DNA of 64,000 nt from Balanoglossus misakiensis. Taxonomy: Eukaryota > Animalia > Hemichordata. Below the pieces are notes generated by a model, which saw only the letters and a program-made list of their open reading frames with translations, was not told the origin of the DNA and ran no database searches. Made by a program: the position numbers and the translations under genes. The stretch spans positions 3,790,275-3,854,274 of the forward strand of contig CM082587.2 of assembly GCA_040954595.2 (NCBI GenBank). Reading direction: 5' to 3'. This document shows, one piece after another, positions 61,601-64,000 of this stretch (position 1 is its first letter; the number at the start of each line of letters is the position of its first letter).

Positions 61601-64000
61601 GCTATAACCCATGGTTTTTATCCAAAAACCACCAAATTTTGAAATTTCGCGAAGTCGAAAAATTGACATTTCTGGATGATTTTCATGAGCTATAACCCAT
61701 GGTTTTTATCCAAAAACCACCAAATTTTGAAATTTCGCGAAGTCGAAAAATTGACATTTCTGGATGATTTTCATGAGCTATAACCCATGGTTTTTATCCA
61801 AAAACCACCAAATTTTGAAATTTCGCGAAGTCGAAAAATTGACATTTCTGGATGATTTTCATGAGCTATAACCCATGGTTTTTATCCAAAAACCACCAAA
61901 TTTTGAAATTTCGCGAAGTCGAAAAATTGACATTTCTGGATGATTTTCATGAGCTATAACCCATGGTTTTTATCCAAAAACCACCAAATTTTGAAATTTC
62001 GCGAAGTCGAAAAATTGACATTTCTGGATGATTTTCATGAGCTATAACCCATGGTTTTTATCCAAAAACCACCAAATTTTTAAATTTCGCGAAGTCGAAA
62101 AATTGACATTTCTGGATGATTTTCATGAGCTATAACCCATGGTTTTTATCCAAAAACCACCAAATTTTGAAATTTCGCGAAGTCGAAAAATTGACATTTC
62201 TGGATGATTTTCATGAGCTATAACCCATGGTTTTTATCCAAAAATCACCAAATTTTGAAATTTCGCGAAGTCGAAAAATTGACATTTCTGGATGATTTTC
62301 ATGAGCTATAACTCATGGTTTTTATCCAAAAATCACCAAATTTTGAAATTTCGCGAAGTCGAAAAATTGACATTTCTGGATGATTTTCATGAGCTATAAC
62401 CCATGGTTTTTTTCCGAAAATCACCAAATTTTGAAATTTCGCGAAGTCGAAAAATTGACATTTCTGGACGATTTTCATGAGCTATAACCCATGGTTTTTA
62501 TCCAAAAACCACCAAATTTTGAAACTTCGCGAAGTCGAAAAAATGACATTTCTGGATGATTTTCATGAGCTATAACCCATGGTTTTATCCAAAAACCATC
62601 AAATTTTTAAATTTCGCGAAGTCGAAAAATTGACATTTCTGGATGATTTTCATGAGCTATAACCCATGGTTTTTATCCAAAAACCACCAAATTTTGAAAT
62701 TTCGCGAAGTCGAAAAATTGACATTTCTGGATGATTTTCATGAGCTATAACCCATGGTTTTTATCCAAAAACCACCAAATTTTGAAATTTCGCGAAGTCG
62801 AAAAATTGACATTTCTGGATGATTTTCATGAGCTATAACCCATGGTTTTTATCCAAAAACCACCAAATTTTGAAATTTCGCGAAGTCGAAAAATTGACAT
62901 TTCTGGATGATTTTCATGAGCTATAACCCATGGTTTTTATCCAAAAACCACCAAATTTTGAAATTTCGCGAAGTCGAAAAATTGACATTTCTGGATGATT
63001 TTCATGAGCTATAACCCATGGTTTTTATCCAAAAACCACCAAATTTTGAAATTTCGCGAAGTCGAAAAATTGACATTTCTGGATGATTTTCATGAGCTAT
63101 AACCCATGGTTTTTATCCCAAAACCACCAAATTTTGAAATTTCGCGAAGTCGAAAAATTGACATTTCTGGATGATTTTCATGAGCTATAACCCATGGTTT
63201 TTATCCAAAAATCACCAAATTTTGAAATTTCGCGAAGTCGAAAAATTGACATTTCTGGATGATTTTCATGAGCTATAACTCATGGTTTTTATCCAAAAAT
63301 CACCAAATTTTGAAATTTCGCGAAGTCGAAAAATTGACATTTCTGGATGATTTTCATGAGCTATAACCCATGGTTTTTTTCCGAAAATCACCAAATTTTG
63401 AAATTTCGCGAAGTCGAAAAATTGACATTTCTGGACGATTTTCATGAGCTATAACCCATGGTTTTTATCCGAAAACCACCAAATTTTGAAATTTCGCGAA
63501 GTCGAAAAATTGACATTTCTGGACGATTTTTATGAGCTATAACCCATGGTTTTTATCCGAAAACCACCAAATTTTGAAATTTCGCGAAGTCGAAAAATTG
63601 ACATTTCTGGACGATTTTCATGAGCTATAACCCATGGTTTTTATCCAAAAACCACCAAATTTTGAAATTTCGCGAAGTCGAAAAATTGACATTTCTGGAT
63701 GATTTTCATGAGCTATAACCCATGGTTTTTATCCAAAAACCACCAAATTTTGAAATTTCGCAAAGTCGAAAAATTGACATTTCTGGACGATTTTCATGAG
63801 CTATAACCCATGGTTTTTATCCAAAAACCACCAAATTTTGAAATTTCGCGAAGTCGAAAAATTGACATTTCTGGATGATTTTCATGAGCTATAACCCATG
63901 GTTTTTATCCAAAAACCACCAAATTTTGAAATTTCGCGAAGTCGAAAAATTGACATTTCTGGATGATTTTCATGAGCTATAACCCATGGTTTTTATCCAA
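52660..64000. repeat. 88-bp tandem satellite array (about 129 copies, runs off the window)
   Basis: Consensus GAAATTTCGCGAAGTCGAAAAATTGACATTTCTGGATGATTTTCATGAGCTATAACCCATGGTTTTTATCCAAAAACCACCAAATTTT. The 60-nt line phase recurs after 1320 bp, which is 15 x 88. Monomers differ by 0-3 substitutions and there are no unique spacers. Confidence 0.99.

Noticed and set aside
52660-64000. CRISPR-like array
   Set aside because: Monomers are head-to-tail with no unique spacers, there are no cas genes, and the context is eukaryotic.

Overview
Intron-rich animal genomic DNA, probably from a marine invertebrate; an ambulacrarian or hemichordate-like source is only my inference. Bases 1-52.5 kb are gene-dense. 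They carry the 3' part of TSC1 (+), OGG1 (-), LRRIQ3 (+), an AGPAT1/2-type LPA acyltransferase (-), a two-pore-domain K+ channel (+), an NCS-1/frequenin-family calcium sensor spread over 18 kb (+) and a UDP-glycosyltransferase (+). I reconstructed all exon structures by hand from splice sites and reading frame, including two GC-AG introns. Introns hold several MITEs, an L2 LINE tail and a tRNA-like remnant. From about 52,660 to the end of the window lies a very homogeneous 88-bp satellite array (about 129 copies) with layered 24-, 21- and 11-monomer duplications; it starts about 165 bp after the UGT stop codon. I found no clearly new multi-gene system. The best leads are: a UGT lacking both catalytic-dyad residues (His to Leu, Asp to Cys), the satellite's higher-order structure and abrupt gene junction, a canonical dynein-light-chain KSTQT motif in the K2P loop, a fungal-like NCS-1, 9q34/MHC-paralogon-like linkage, and a 24-bp TIR-only transposon derivative with a 7-bp target-site duplication. 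All comparisons to reference proteins are from memory, not from searches.
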